From an uncultured bacterium (GTDB lineage: Bacteria > CSSED10-310), in the NCBI GenBank assembly GCA_964404285.1, contig CAYOJK010000001.1, positions 83,797 through 147,796 on the forward strand: a stretch of DNA of 64,000 nt, read 5' to 3'. The first letter of the stretch is position 1. Every line of letters begins with the position of its first letter. Below are positions 1-9,250 of the stretch, in pieces. A program made the position numbers and the translations under genes. The notes under the pieces are model-generated. The model was not told where the DNA came from. It did no database searches and saw nothing but the letters and a program-made list of their open reading frames with translations.

Positions 1-213
1 TGTTCGTGGTTTTAACAAATGCAACGTTTTTCCTTTGGTTTTAATATCAGAAACCCAACTTTTTGCTAAACGCCGCCATGGTGTTCCTCTGAACTTTTCT
101 TGTAATTCATCAATTACCAGGAAACCGGCATTATGGCGTGCTTCTGCATATTGTGCTCCAGGATTCCCTAAACCAATAATTCCACGGTAATTCCTGCTTT
201 CCTTTTGTAACAT
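1..213 (-). CDS. pth: peptidyl-tRNA hydrolase (N-terminal part; gene continues beyond window start)
   Basis: Minus-strand translation reads [37 protein letters not shown]..., the canonical Pth N-terminal GLGNPG / RHNxGF motifs; it sits immediately downstream of rplY as in the conserved prs-rplY-pth arrangement. Confidence 0.85.
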   Translation of the reverse strand, partial: MLQKESRNYRGIIGLGNPGAQYAEARHNAGFLVIDELQEKFRGTPWRRLAKSWVSDIKTKGKTLHLLKPRT

Positions 214-240
214 ATACCAGAATCCAAAAAGGGCCCCAGC

Positions 241-882
241 TTAAGCTGACGCATCTGTTTGGGATTCAGAAGCTTCCGGCGCCCCTTCTTCCACTCCTTC
301 TTCACCAACAGGTTCTTCAACTTCCGCTCTAACCGTAACTATACTAGCAACAACTTTTTCTGGATCGTCAAGAAGTTTGACTGTTTCCGGAAGCTTGATA
401 TCACCCATAAAAATGCTGGCGCCCATCTCAATCGAACTGATATCCACTTCTATAGATTCTGGAATATTTCTGGGTAAGCATTGAATCGTGACTTCTCTTG
501 TCACAAATTGAAGTGTTCCGCCCTTTTCCTTTTCTTTTGCATCCCCAGTAAAAACAATGGGAAGCACAATGGTTATCTTTTCACCACGGGTAACACTATA
601 CAAATCCATGTGGTCCAGTTTACCCGTCAAAGCGTTTCTCTGGATTTCTTTGAACATGACCAACGTCTGGTTATCTTTGACATTTAAACCGTTAATATCC
701 AGCGTTATCAGTTTTCCAGCGCCTCCAACCGCAAGAACTTTTTCGACTTCCAATTGGTTGAGAGACATAGGGATTGGACTTTGATGTTTTCCATACAAAA
801 TCGCCGGTACACGTCCCTGTTTTCTTAAGCGTCTATTCACGCCCTTCCCAACCTGTGATTTAACTTCTGCCGACAGCTTCAT
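241..882 (-). CDS. rplY: 50S ribosomal protein L25 / general stress protein Ctc
   Basis: 213-aa ORF with an L25/Ctc-type N-terminal beta-barrel (RRLRKQGRVPAILYG) and an acidic C-terminal tail; synteny with prs and pth. Confidence 0.9.
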   Translation of the reverse strand: MKLSAEVKSQVGKGVNRRLRKQGRVPAILYGKHQSPIPMSLNQLEVEKVLAVGGAGKLITLDINGLNVKDNQTLVMFKEIQRNALTGKLDHMDLYSVTRGEKITIVLPIVFTGDAKEKEKGGTLQFVTREVTIQCLPRNIPESIEVDISSIEMGASIFMGDIKLPETVKLLDDPEKVVASIVTVRAEVEEPVGEEGVEEGAPEASESQTDASA

Positions 883-903
883 TGATTGTCTCCTTTATAT
901 CCC

Positions 904-1878
904 TCAACAACGACCTTTGTTTCCAACATTCAAAAGAAAACTCACCGATTCCTCATTGTGAATACATCTTATGGCCTTGGCCAATAGTGAGGCTATCGAT
1001 AACACTGTTATCTTTTTGTTCTTTTTTATCTCTTCTGAATGAGCAATTGAATTTGTTACAACCACTTCATCCAGGTATTCGTTATTTTGAATTCTTTCCA
1101 TTGCCGGTGGCGAAAACACTCCATGAGACGCACAGCAGGTGACTGTAGCAGCACCCGCTATCTTCAATGCTTCAACCGCTTTCATAAGTGTCCCTGCACT
1201 ATCGATAATATCATCCAGAATCAAAACACTTCTATTACTGACATCCCCAATGATTCGGATTGTGCTGGTAATTCCCGGCGCTAATCTTCGCTTATCAGCT
1301 ACCGCCAAGTCGACCTCAAGACATCGTGCTAAAAAATTGGCTCGTTCAACCCCCCCAGCATCTGGTGAAACAACCATCAAATTATTTTTAAACGATCGTT
1401 TGTGAATATAATCAATAAAAACGGGAGTTGCATTCAAGTGGTCCATGGGTATTGAAAAAAAACCTTGTATTTGGCCGGCATGAAGATCAATCGCAATGAT
1501 TCGATCTGCTCCAGCCTTTGTCAACAAATCTGCGACAAGTCTTGCTGTAATCGGCACCCGAGGCCTGTCTTTTCGATCTTGTCTAGCATATCCATAATAG
1601 GGAAGCACCGCCGTGATTCGTTTCGCAGATGCGCGTTTAGCTGCATCAATGATTATCAACAATTCCATCAGATTTTCGTTGGCGGGCGAACACGTGGGTT
1701 GAATAATAAATAAATCGTCACCGCGGATATTCTCAAGAATTTGAACAAATATTTCGCCATCATTGAATCGGCGGATATCGACATCGACTGGTTGAATACC
1801 CAAATGACCACAAATTTCCTTACCCAAAGTCGGGTGTGCTGACCCATACAAAATTTTCATGTTATAATTGGATTTCAC
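904..1878 (-). CDS. prs: ribose-phosphate pyrophosphokinase
   Basis: 324-aa ORF with NDGEIFVQI, PYYGYARQDRK and the PRPP-binding loop; a GTG start at 1878 is preceded by an AGGAGA RBS, with an alternative ATG at 1860. Confidence 0.95.
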   Translation of the reverse strand: MKSNYNMKILYGSAHPTLGKEICGHLGIQPVDVDIRRFNDGEIFVQILENIRGDDLFIIQPTCSPANENLMELLIIIDAAKRASAKRITAVLPYYGYARQDRKDRPRVPITARLVADLLTKAGADRIIAIDLHAGQIQGFFSIPMDHLNATPVFIDYIHKRSFKNNLMVVSPDAGGVERANFLARCLEVDLAVADKRRLAPGITSTIRIIGDVSNRSVLILDDIIDSAGTLMKAVEALKIAGAATVTCCASHGVFSPPAMERIQNNEYLDEVVVTNSIAHSEEIKKNKKITVLSIASLLAKAIRCIHNEESVSFLLNVGNKGRC

Positions 1879-1929
1879 GTTGTGTCTCCTGGGATATCAC
1901 TTTTATTAAACCAATATCTATAAAAAAAA

Positions 1930-2001
1930 CTGGGGCGGTAGGATTCGAACCTACGAATGCTGGTGCCAAAAACCAGTGGCTTGCCGCTTGCCGACGCCCC
2001 A
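1930..2001 (-). tRNA. tRNA-Gln (anticodon UUG)
   Basis: The minus-strand sequence UGGGGCGUCGGCAAGCGGCAAGCCACUGGUUUUUGGCACCAGCAUUCGUAGGUUCGAAUCCUACCGCCCCAG folds as a cloverleaf with anticodon loop UUUUGGC, a GGUUCGAAUCC T-arm and a U1-A72 pair. It closely resembles bacterial tRNA-Gln, and the CCA tail is not encoded. Confidence 0.9.
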
Positions 2002-2023
2002 ATTTCCTCCCACATCTATCTCC

Positions 2024-2890
2024 TTAACAGGTCCCTGCAACTGTATGAGCGAGGTAAACCCATGGAAAAAGCTCTTTTGCTTTCCCAGCAGCCCTGGACG
2101 CTAAATCTGAATCCATAAACAATCCAAACACTGTGCCTCCACTACCGGAAACGCAAACCGTATCCGCGCCCTGACCGTGCATCCAGTTCAGCATATCACC
2201 AATCATAGGATAAAGCTTCAAAACCGTGCCTTGCAAATCGTTTTGAACATTTCTGATCAGTTCCATGCCGGTCATTTCACCGGACATTAAAACGGGCAGT
2301 ATGTTAAGAACATTGTTAGATGATGTCAAGTACAACTTGTGCCTGGAATAAACCTCTGCAGTCGAAACAGAAAATCCAGGATTAATCAGCAATACCGGTA
2401 TTTCACCAACAAACGGCAGCGGAACAGTGATCTCACCACGACCTGTCGCCAACGCGGTTCCTCCATTAATAAAAAATGGCACATCTGAACCCAGGCCTGC
2501 TGCTAAGTTATGCAAACATTCCCGTGAAAGAGGTTCTCCCCACAACATATTCAACGCTTTCAAAGTAGCAGCCGCATCTGAAGAACCACCTCCAAGACCC
2601 GCACCAACAGGGATTCTTTTTTTCAAAAAAATTTCAACACCGCCGGGTTCTTCGACCTCACTAAAAAAGGTTTCTGCCGCTTTAACGACAAGATTAGTCG
2701 ACCCCTGCATCATAATTTCAGAATTCGACAAAAATGATATGCCGATTGAACGCTTTTTCTTAAGAATTATCTTGTCACTTAACGATATTGACTGGATAAT
2801 TGACTGCAACTCATGAAATCCATCATCTCTTTTATGCAGAATTTCAAGCATTAAATTTATCTTTGCAGGGCATTCAATCTGCATGATCAT
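2024..2890 (-). CDS. ispE: 4-diphosphocytidyl-2-C-methyl-D-erythritol kinase
   Basis: 288-aa GHMP-kinase-family ORF (PAKINLMLEI, GAGLGGGSSDAAA) in the conserved lolB-ispE-prs arrangement; its ATG overlaps the stop of the upstream gene (ATGA). Confidence 0.93.
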   Translation of the reverse strand: MIMQIECPAKINLMLEILHKRDDGFHELQSIIQSISLSDKIILKKKRSIGISFLSNSEIMMQGSTNLVVKAAETFFSEVEEPGGVEIFLKKRIPVGAGLGGGSSDAAATLKALNMLWGEPLSRECLHNLAAGLGSDVPFFINGGTALATGRGEITVPLPFVGEIPVLLINPGFSVSTAEVYSRHKLYLTSSNNVLNILPVLMSGEMTGMELIRNVQNDLQGTVLKLYPMIGDMLNWMHGQGADTVCVSGSGGTVFGLFMDSDLASRAAGKAKELFPWVYLAHTVAGTC

Positions 2891-3537
2891 TCCACCTTAA
2901 GTATAGCGTCGGAAAATGGAAAATTCATGCATTTTAACCATTCTCCAGGTAAGGTCATCGATGATTGCATTGACGAAGATAGCCGGTCTTCATTCCATTT
3001 GATGGATATTTCAACATTTTTTACCGGGTAACTGATCACAACCCTACCATTACCATCAAAAGTTGGTGGGAAATGACTGATATCAAGATACTGTTTTTTA
3101 TATGAAAAGAGTCGATAGGTCACAGGTTTCTCAGGCCAAGATTCAGGAAATAGCCACTCAATAATATTCTGATAATTGAATGCTCTACCGGAAATATGTC
3201 CCAGCTTGGACAACCATGATTTTTTGACGGCATAACATCGATCAGCCATTGAATATAATTCCAAACGCCTTGAATCCAGCAAGATGACAACTTGTGTTAC
3301 CCCAAATGCATCCAACGCATCTATCCGAACTGACTTTTTTGTTGGGAAGGCAATAAAGAGAGGGGCTGAAATAATTTTTTCTGGAGAGATAATTTTTGCT
3401 GTTGCGTGAATCGTTCTGAAACTGGGTGGCGCTTTGGCAGGTGATAACTGATGATAGGAACAGCCTGTAAGGGCAAGCATTAGACTCAATATCGTCACGT
3501 TGACAATAATTTTCATGGCGCGATTATTTCTCTTCAT
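2887..3537 (-). CDS. outer-membrane lipoprotein, LolB-like (DUF4292-type)
   Basis: 216-aa ORF with lipoprotein signal MKIIVNVTILSLMLALTGC (lipobox LTGC). Its position directly upstream of ispE matches lolB in the E. coli-type lolB-ispE-prs operon. The true start may be the internal ATG at 3516, which avoids overlap with the upstream gene. Confidence 0.55.
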   Translation of the reverse strand: MKRNNRAMKIIVNVTILSLMLALTGCSYHQLSPAKAPPSFRTIHATAKIISPEKIISAPLFIAFPTKKSVRIDALDAFGVTQVVILLDSRRLELYSMADRCYAVKKSWLSKLGHISGRAFNYQNIIEWLFPESWPEKPVTYRLFSYKKQYLDISHFPPTFDGNGRVVISYPVKNVEISIKWNEDRLSSSMQSSMTLPGEWLKCMNFPFSDAILKVE

Positions 3538-5284
3538 TCGTTGAAGAAAATAAAAAGCCTACGTCGATCAAGCCCTTATGGTCGGGGAATTGAGCTGTTG
3601 CCTTTTCCCATAACTCCAAAGCTTTTTCTCGATCACCCAATGCCCAATGAACATGTATCAAATGCTCAATAATAGTCGGGTCATCCGGCATTTTTTCACT
3701 TGCCTTTTCTATCGCTTCCAAGGCTTCGTTCAGTTTACCCATCCGGAATAAAACCCAGCCAAGGCTGTCAAGATAAGCCGCTTCGTCTGGAAATTGCGTC
3801 AAGGCTAACTTGATAAGTGAAAGCGCTCTATCCAGTTCCTTGTTTTTGTCAGCAAGAACGTATCCAATAAAATTAGCCGCATCTGAATCGTTCGGTTCTC
3901 TTTCAAGAATTTTTTCTGCTACTTCTATGGCTTCCTTCCAATCACCCTGTTGTTCAAGCCTTGAAGCAAAATAGATGTTCAGAAAAGAATTTTCGGGAAA
4001 TTTTTCAACACCTTTGCGTAAAATCTCTATAACCCTTTTATGCTGATCCATCTGTTCCAATACATCTACAAATATCAGATAGGATCTAAGATCGTCCGGC
4101 CTTTCCTCCAGTAATCGATCACAAATGTTCAAGGCCATATCATTATGATTCAATTGCAACAGACAATGGATGGCCAGGTCTGCTGACAAAGTTGAGATAG
4201 GCTTTTCTTCCAGGTTATTTTCTATCATTCTCAAGGCATCTCGGCATTTACCCTGTATTTGAAAGACAAGAGCCGTATAAAATGTCGCTTGACGATTATT
4301 TGGCGCTTTCATTACCGCCTGCAGAAAGTATTTTTCTGCTTTTTCGAAATTTTCCAAGCTTAAATATATTTCACCAATCGCTATCAAAGCGTCTATTTCA
4401 AAACGTGGGTCTTGTGCAACAACTTTTAGCAATTCGACCGCATCAGAAAATTTTCCTCGAGCTTTTAAAACATCTATATACAAATTTACAAAATCAACAG
4501 CTAATCCTCTTGTCTGATGAAGATAAGCCAGTATTTCTTCAGCCTCCTCATATCTGTCCAAGCGGAAATAACAAAGCGCTAAGTTGAACATTGCTTCAAA
4601 ATCATCTGAAGATATTTTCAGGTAGTTGTTATATATCGTGATTGCTTCTTCAAAATGATTCGATTCAGCATTGGCTAATGCAAGCACCTTTAAAACATCA
4701 GGATTCGGGATTGTATCATCTTCAAGCAATGAATTAAGCATATCTATAGCTTTTTCAGCATTTTGTTCATGGATAAAAAGACGTGCCAGATCGATTTTTA
4801 TAGCAGCATCATCGGGATTCCTATCAATCAGCTTTTCCAAAATAGCTGTCGCCGCCCTAAATTCTTCGGTTTCTATATAAATACTGGCCATCATTTTTTG
4901 TGCTTCAAAATGTGATGGATCAAGCTCTATTGTTTTAAGAAATGCACCTTTTGAAAGCTCCAGCATGTTGCCGGCAATTTCAGGACTCTGAGCTCTCAAA
5001 GCAAGGTCTAAGTAAAACTTGGCATATTGAAAGTTTAAATCACTATTTTCAGGAAACCTAATTAAAAGATCATCGAAAATAGTAATCGCCTCGGGCACCA
5101 ATCCGATAAAACTCAGATAATGAGCCTGTAATATTGATTCGTAAACATTCTGATCAAACAAATCAGCTTTTTCAGTTGACGGCATTTCCGATGTTTCAAT
5201 TGACAGCCGTTTCGGCGTAGACAGACAGCCCGTAAACACCATGCCAACTAATAAATAAACAAATAATTTTTCGATCAAACTCAT
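3524..5284 (-). CDS. TPR-repeat lipoprotein
   Basis: 586-aa ORF with lipoprotein signal (LVGMVFTGC) followed by many 34-residue TPR-like repeats; translationally coupled to the flanking genes by 4-bp overlaps. Confidence 0.75.
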   Translation of the reverse strand: MSLIEKLFVYLLVGMVFTGCLSTPKRLSIETSEMPSTEKADLFDQNVYESILQAHYLSFIGLVPEAITIFDDLLIRFPENSDLNFQYAKFYLDLALRAQSPEIAGNMLELSKGAFLKTIELDPSHFEAQKMMASIYIETEEFRAATAILEKLIDRNPDDAAIKIDLARLFIHEQNAEKAIDMLNSLLEDDTIPNPDVLKVLALANAESNHFEEAITIYNNYLKISSDDFEAMFNLALCYFRLDRYEEAEEILAYLHQTRGLAVDFVNLYIDVLKARGKFSDAVELLKVVAQDPRFEIDALIAIGEIYLSLENFEKAEKYFLQAVMKAPNNRQATFYTALVFQIQGKCRDALRMIENNLEEKPISTLSADLAIHCLLQLNHNDMALNICDRLLEERPDDLRSYLIFVDVLEQMDQHKRVIEILRKGVEKFPENSFLNIYFASRLEQQGDWKEAIEVAEKILEREPNDSDAANFIGYVLADKNKELDRALSLIKLALTQFPDEAAYLDSLGWVLFRMGKLNEALEAIEKASEKMPDDPTIIEHLIHVHWALGDREKALELWEKATAQFPDHKGLIDVGFLFSSTNEEK

Positions 5285-7194
5285 TCCGTTCTGCCCTGAT
5301 ATATTCCGCTGAATGACAGGATACGCTCTCGAACCTGGTTCAACTGTTTACGTCTTTCTGCGTTCAATGTTGCTTGAATTGCCATATTTAAAACCCTCAA
5401 ACACTCCATTATAGCATTACCAACACGATTTTCTTTGATCAACTTCAAAAATATTTCTGGCTGGATGAGCAGTTTTTCAGGTGTTTGAGCAAAAGGTTCA
5501 ACCAATGCATATAAATAGTCATCTTGGGGTCTTTCATGTTGAATAACCGGATAATTCAACTCAGGATAAGTCGGTGTTTCAAGTAATCCTTTCAACACAA
5601 TACGGTCAAGAGAACCCATTTTGATCCGCCTTGTATAAACGGCAGTTGAAGGATAAGGAATAAGTGATGGTGAATTTGGCAGAATACGAAAAGAATTTGG
5701 ATAGGTTGTGCAAAGCGTGTCCAGAAAAAGAAGTTCTTCTATGAACTCAGGCCAATCAGTTTCAGCATCCGTAACAATCCAATAGTGGTATCCAACCAAT
5801 CCGAATCGATCGATGTCCGCACATATCTGTGTGATCGATTCTGAAGACCCTGGCTTTCCCAAACGTTTCAATCGTTTCGACATAAAAGCATCTGTTCCGA
5901 CCCACAATAAAGGTTTGGCATCCACAAAATAATCGCGTTTTTGGATTTGCGTGAAAAATTTTTCTCTTAACGATTCAGAACTCAAAGAATCGATCGATGT
6001 TTGAATACCCCACAGTCGAAATCCCGTTGACCGGCACATATCCAAAATTCTCAGCGCCCGATCCGGATCCAATAAAATATCATCATCATTAATATTGATT
6101 GTATAATGATCCGGTTGAATTTGCTTTTTCTTCGCTGAGCTGTCCAGCAATCCATACATCCATGTTAAATGTTTCCGGACAACGTAATCAGGGTAGGTGC
6201 GCATTTTCTTACCATGAACGTGCGAACAAAAAACACACGATCTTGGGCAACCACGTGATGTCGAATATTCAAAACCGACAGCAGGGTCCGGGTCATTATC
6301 CTGATCGATCGCCAGTTCAATATCGTCAAAATTATTAATAACCGGCGCCAGTTGAAATTCGCCGGAAACCGCCCAGGTTTCCCCTTGAGTATAAAGCCCT
6401 TCCATATCAGCCATTTTAATCAGTGTCGTAATACTTGGCTTCGTCAGCTCAGCAAAAAACGTCTCCAGGAATTTCGGGAAAGTTTCTTCTACTTCCCCTC
6501 GTAAAAAAGCATTAGCCTGATCACAATGAGCCGCTACGTAGTCAGGCATAAGCGTGACCATTGGCCCTCCTAACACTATCGGCAAGTCACTGATTTTTCT
6601 AATTCGTTCAATCAATTGAATCGTCTCAAAAATGGTGTCCTCATACACACCAATCCCAACACAATCACAGTTTTTGACAAAATCCAGCGAGTCTGATGCT
6701 GCAATTACAGGTCTATATCGAACGAGATGTTTAGCCTTTTTTAGCGCTCCCATCACGATTTGTGCCGATGATGGCAAGCCTAAACTATTCCAGCGTCTAT
6801 CCCCAGGATTCCGTATATTGATCAGTGTAACAGAAATAGAATGCTTATGCGAAGCTATCGGCGAATATTCTGAAACACGATAGGCAAATAGTAATTCCGG
6901 TAAGTTATCGATATTTAGATGAATGTTTTGACGCGCTTCGGTCATTAAGATTTTTTCTTTTGTCAGGTTTTGCTCAAGCTTTTTAGGATTATCAGATATG
7001 ATAACTGGTGTTTTTGAAGATGTTTGACTGTTTGTTTCAAATATTCCGTTTTTCTTCAAACATCTGAAAAAATGTATGGGAGCGCCTTTTTCGGATAGCC
7101 AGGAAATCGTTTCCGGATTAAAAACTTTTAACACATATTTCCCTGAAGGAAATTTCGATACTTGGTCAATGGTTATATTTGGGTGTAACAACAT
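5281..7194 (-). CDS. radical SAM protein with N-terminal B12-binding-like domain (class B-like)
   Basis: 637-aa ORF carrying the CPRSCVFCSH (CxxxCxxC) radical-SAM cluster motif, preceded by a Rossmann-like region typical of cobalamin-binding radical SAM enzymes. Confidence 0.75.
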   Translation of the reverse strand: MLLHPNITIDQVSKFPSGKYVLKVFNPETISWLSEKGAPIHFFRCLKKNGIFETNSQTSSKTPVIISDNPKKLEQNLTKEKILMTEARQNIHLNIDNLPELLFAYRVSEYSPIASHKHSISVTLINIRNPGDRRWNSLGLPSSAQIVMGALKKAKHLVRYRPVIAASDSLDFVKNCDCVGIGVYEDTIFETIQLIERIRKISDLPIVLGGPMVTLMPDYVAAHCDQANAFLRGEVEETFPKFLETFFAELTKPSITTLIKMADMEGLYTQGETWAVSGEFQLAPVINNFDDIELAIDQDNDPDPAVGFEYSTSRGCPRSCVFCSHVHGKKMRTYPDYVVRKHLTWMYGLLDSSAKKKQIQPDHYTININDDDILLDPDRALRILDMCRSTGFRLWGIQTSIDSLSSESLREKFFTQIQKRDYFVDAKPLLWVGTDAFMSKRLKRLGKPGSSESITQICADIDRFGLVGYHYWIVTDAETDWPEFIEELLFLDTLCTTYPNSFRILPNSPSLIPYPSTAVYTRRIKMGSLDRIVLKGLLETPTYPELNYPVIQHERPQDDYLYALVEPFAQTPEKLLIQPEIFLKLIKENRVGNAIMECLRVLNMAIQATLNAERRKQLNQVRERILSFSGIYQGRTE

Positions 7195-7202
7195 ATTGGT
7201 GA

Positions 7203-8015
7203 TTACTTTTTGTTATTGGTCAATAGGACAGTGTCCGTATTGACTATTGAGCGCTCAGGATAAAAACCGCCTTTAACAAACACGCATGGATAAATCCAGG
7301 TTTCGCGGCCGATAAGTGAACCAGGGGCAATCACGGAGTTGCATCCTGTTTCGACTCCATCCCCCAATATTGCCCCAAATTTTGCAAGATTTGTCGAAAG
7401 CTTTTCGTTGCCGACGTTCACGTCAATTTCTGGAAATAGTTGTTTTTGTTTCTGTTCCAGCGATCGGAATCGCAAATTGGCTAGCCGGGTGCCGGCGCCT
7501 AAGTTGACATGGCTTCCGATAATACTATCGCCAATATATGCAAAATGACCCGCTTCACTATGATTCATTAAAACAGCTGATTTTACTTCAGAGGAATGGC
7601 CAATAGTGCAGGAATCACCGACAATCACGCCACCTCGGATATAAGACCCTTGACGTATTTCCGTTTTTCTACCGATGATCAAAGGTGGTTTAATCACCGC
7701 ACCTGGTTCAATCGAAGAACCTTTTCCAATCGCAATCTGAACATCTGAAAACACCGTGTCTTTTTCTGCAGAAAAGCCTTTTACGACGAAAATAACAGTC
7801 TCACTTTGATTGTCTCGAGTAATCCAGGTCTGGCTTTGAAAATTTTCTGATAGAGATTGCGTACTTTTTATACCATCAAAAAACGTTTGACATACTGGGT
7901 AAATTCTATTTAAACCGGTCCAAACAGGCTGGCGCTTTTGGAACAAGCTGGTTATTAAAGGATTGTTCGGGAGTTCAAAAAAGAATTCAAAATCTATCCG
8001 GTATGGTTGCGTCAT
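7203..8015 (-). CDS. hexapeptide-repeat (left-handed beta-helix) transferase, GlmU C-terminal/acyl- or nucleotidyl-transferase-like
   Basis: 270-aa ORF with tandem [LIV]GxxxxI hexapeptide repeats (IGKGSSIEPGAVI, IGDSIIGSHVNLGAGT...); its stop overlaps the start of the next gene. Confidence 0.65.
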   Translation of the reverse strand: MTQPYRIDFEFFFELPNNPLITSLFQKRQPVWTGLNRIYPVCQTFFDGIKSTQSLSENFQSQTWITRDNQSETVIFVVKGFSAEKDTVFSDVQIAIGKGSSIEPGAVIKPPLIIGRKTEIRQGSYIRGGVIVGDSCTIGHSSEVKSAVLMNHSEAGHFAYIGDSIIGSHVNLGAGTRLANLRFRSLEQKQKQLFPEIDVNVGNEKLSTNLAKFGAILGDGVETGCNSVIAPGSLIGRETWIYPCVFVKGGFYPERSIVNTDTVLLTNNKK

Positions 8016-8617
8016 TATATTTCTCCTTTTCCCTTTCGAATAACAACCAATTCCGATTGAGTCATGTCCAAAACCGTCGTATGAGCAGGGGTTATAAGCC
8101 CACCATCGATGATAATGTCCAAATGTATGCCAAAAACGTCACGAATCTGTTTGGGGTCTGCCAGAAACATGCCATCGACTTTTGCCGTCGTCGATATGAT
8201 CGGATTTCCCAACTCACAGATTAACTGATTGCAGATGGCGTTATCCGGAACACGTATTCCAACTGTCGCCCGCTTTGTTCTAAGTATTTTAGGGACTAAT
8301 CGAGTTGCGTTAAGCACAAAGGTATAAGGGCCTGGAGTTACTTTTCGCATGTATTTATATGCCCAATTACCCACATTGGCATATTGCGCAAGATTGGACA
8401 AATCTGCACAGAGAAAAGAAAAAGGTTTCTGCCGATCCCGATTTTTTATCTGATGTAATTTATCTACGGAAGCCACTTCGTAAACATTACAGCCTATGCC
8501 ATATGTCGAATCTGTCGGAAACGCTACCAAGCCGCCTGACTTCAATTTTTCAACCACCTGTTTGATACGTCTAGGTTGAGGATTCAAAGGATTTATTTCC
8601 AATATTTGACAGCTCAT
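8015..8617 (-). CDS. tsaC: L-threonylcarbamoyladenylate synthase (TsaC/YrdC family)
   Basis: 200-aa ORF with the YrdC-domain signature (GGLVAFPTDSTYGIGCN and KNRDRQKPFSFL), involved in t6A tRNA modification. Confidence 0.88.
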   Translation of the reverse strand: MSCQILEINPLNPQPRRIKQVVEKLKSGGLVAFPTDSTYGIGCNVYEVASVDKLHQIKNRDRQKPFSFLCADLSNLAQYANVGNWAYKYMRKVTPGPYTFVLNATRLVPKILRTKRATVGIRVPDNAICNQLICELGNPIISTTAKVDGMFLADPKQIRDVFGIHLDIIIDGGLITPAHTTVLDMTQSELVVIRKGKGEI

Positions 8618-8629
8618 CTTTGTTGTTTT

Positions 8630-9250
8630 TTATATCCCCAATGAAAAAGAATACCGTGCGGATAATCGTAACGATAACCCTCCTACATCTTTCTCACTAA
8701 AATAATAACTCAAATCGCCTGATCCAATAATATCAGGATACGATGAATACTCTGATTCAACCAACAGGCTAAATGAATTATTTATCAACCATTCCACTCC
8801 TGCCAGAGCCAAAAACCCTAATCCGCTTTTAGAAGAACCTTCTGTTTCTTTGAAGCTACAATAACCTATGCCAAGCCCCCAATAAGGTGTAACAGGGATT
8901 TCGAGTGGAAGATACCGACATAAATTCAGAGTTATCGGCAATAATTCAAACGTGATCTTCTCACCAGTTTTCTCCCATCCCCCCCTTCCATCCGGCCAAA
9001 CTCTTACGCCGTCTCCATCAATACTGTCAACAGCCAAACCCACTTTCCAGTAGTCGGAAAGTTTTAGGGCAATCTCCGCGCCCAGCATTAGTTCGCCATT
9101 ATTTGCATAAATGACGTCATAGGTCTTCGACCAATTCGGCAGTAAATAATACCCTGCTCTGGCTGTAATTGAGACCTGAGGATAAGATTGTGCGTCTATA
9201 TTGTTGATAGGGAAGATCAATAGAAGAGCTAAAACAATAATCTGTCTCAT
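8630..9250 (-). CDS. outer-membrane beta-barrel protein (porin/OmpW-like fold)
   Basis: 206-aa ORF with signal peptide MRQIIVLALLLIFPINNIDA, alternating amphipathic beta-strands and a C-terminal aromatic residue typical of OM beta-barrels. Confidence 0.6.
   Translation of the reverse strand: MRQIIVLALLLIFPINNIDAQSYPQVSITARAGYYLLPNWSKTYDVIYANNGELMLGAEIALKLSDYWKVGLAVDSIDGDGVRVWPDGRGGWEKTGEKITFELLPITLNLCRYLPLEIPVTPYWGLGIGYCSFKETEGSSKSGLGFLALAGVEWLINNSFSLLVESEYSSYPDIIGSGDLSYYFSEKDVGGLSLRLSARYSFSLGI

Noticed and set aside
4282-4880. Plus-strand ORFs of 69-101 aa inside the TPR lipoprotein gene
   Set aside because: They are antisense shadows of a repeat-rich coding region.
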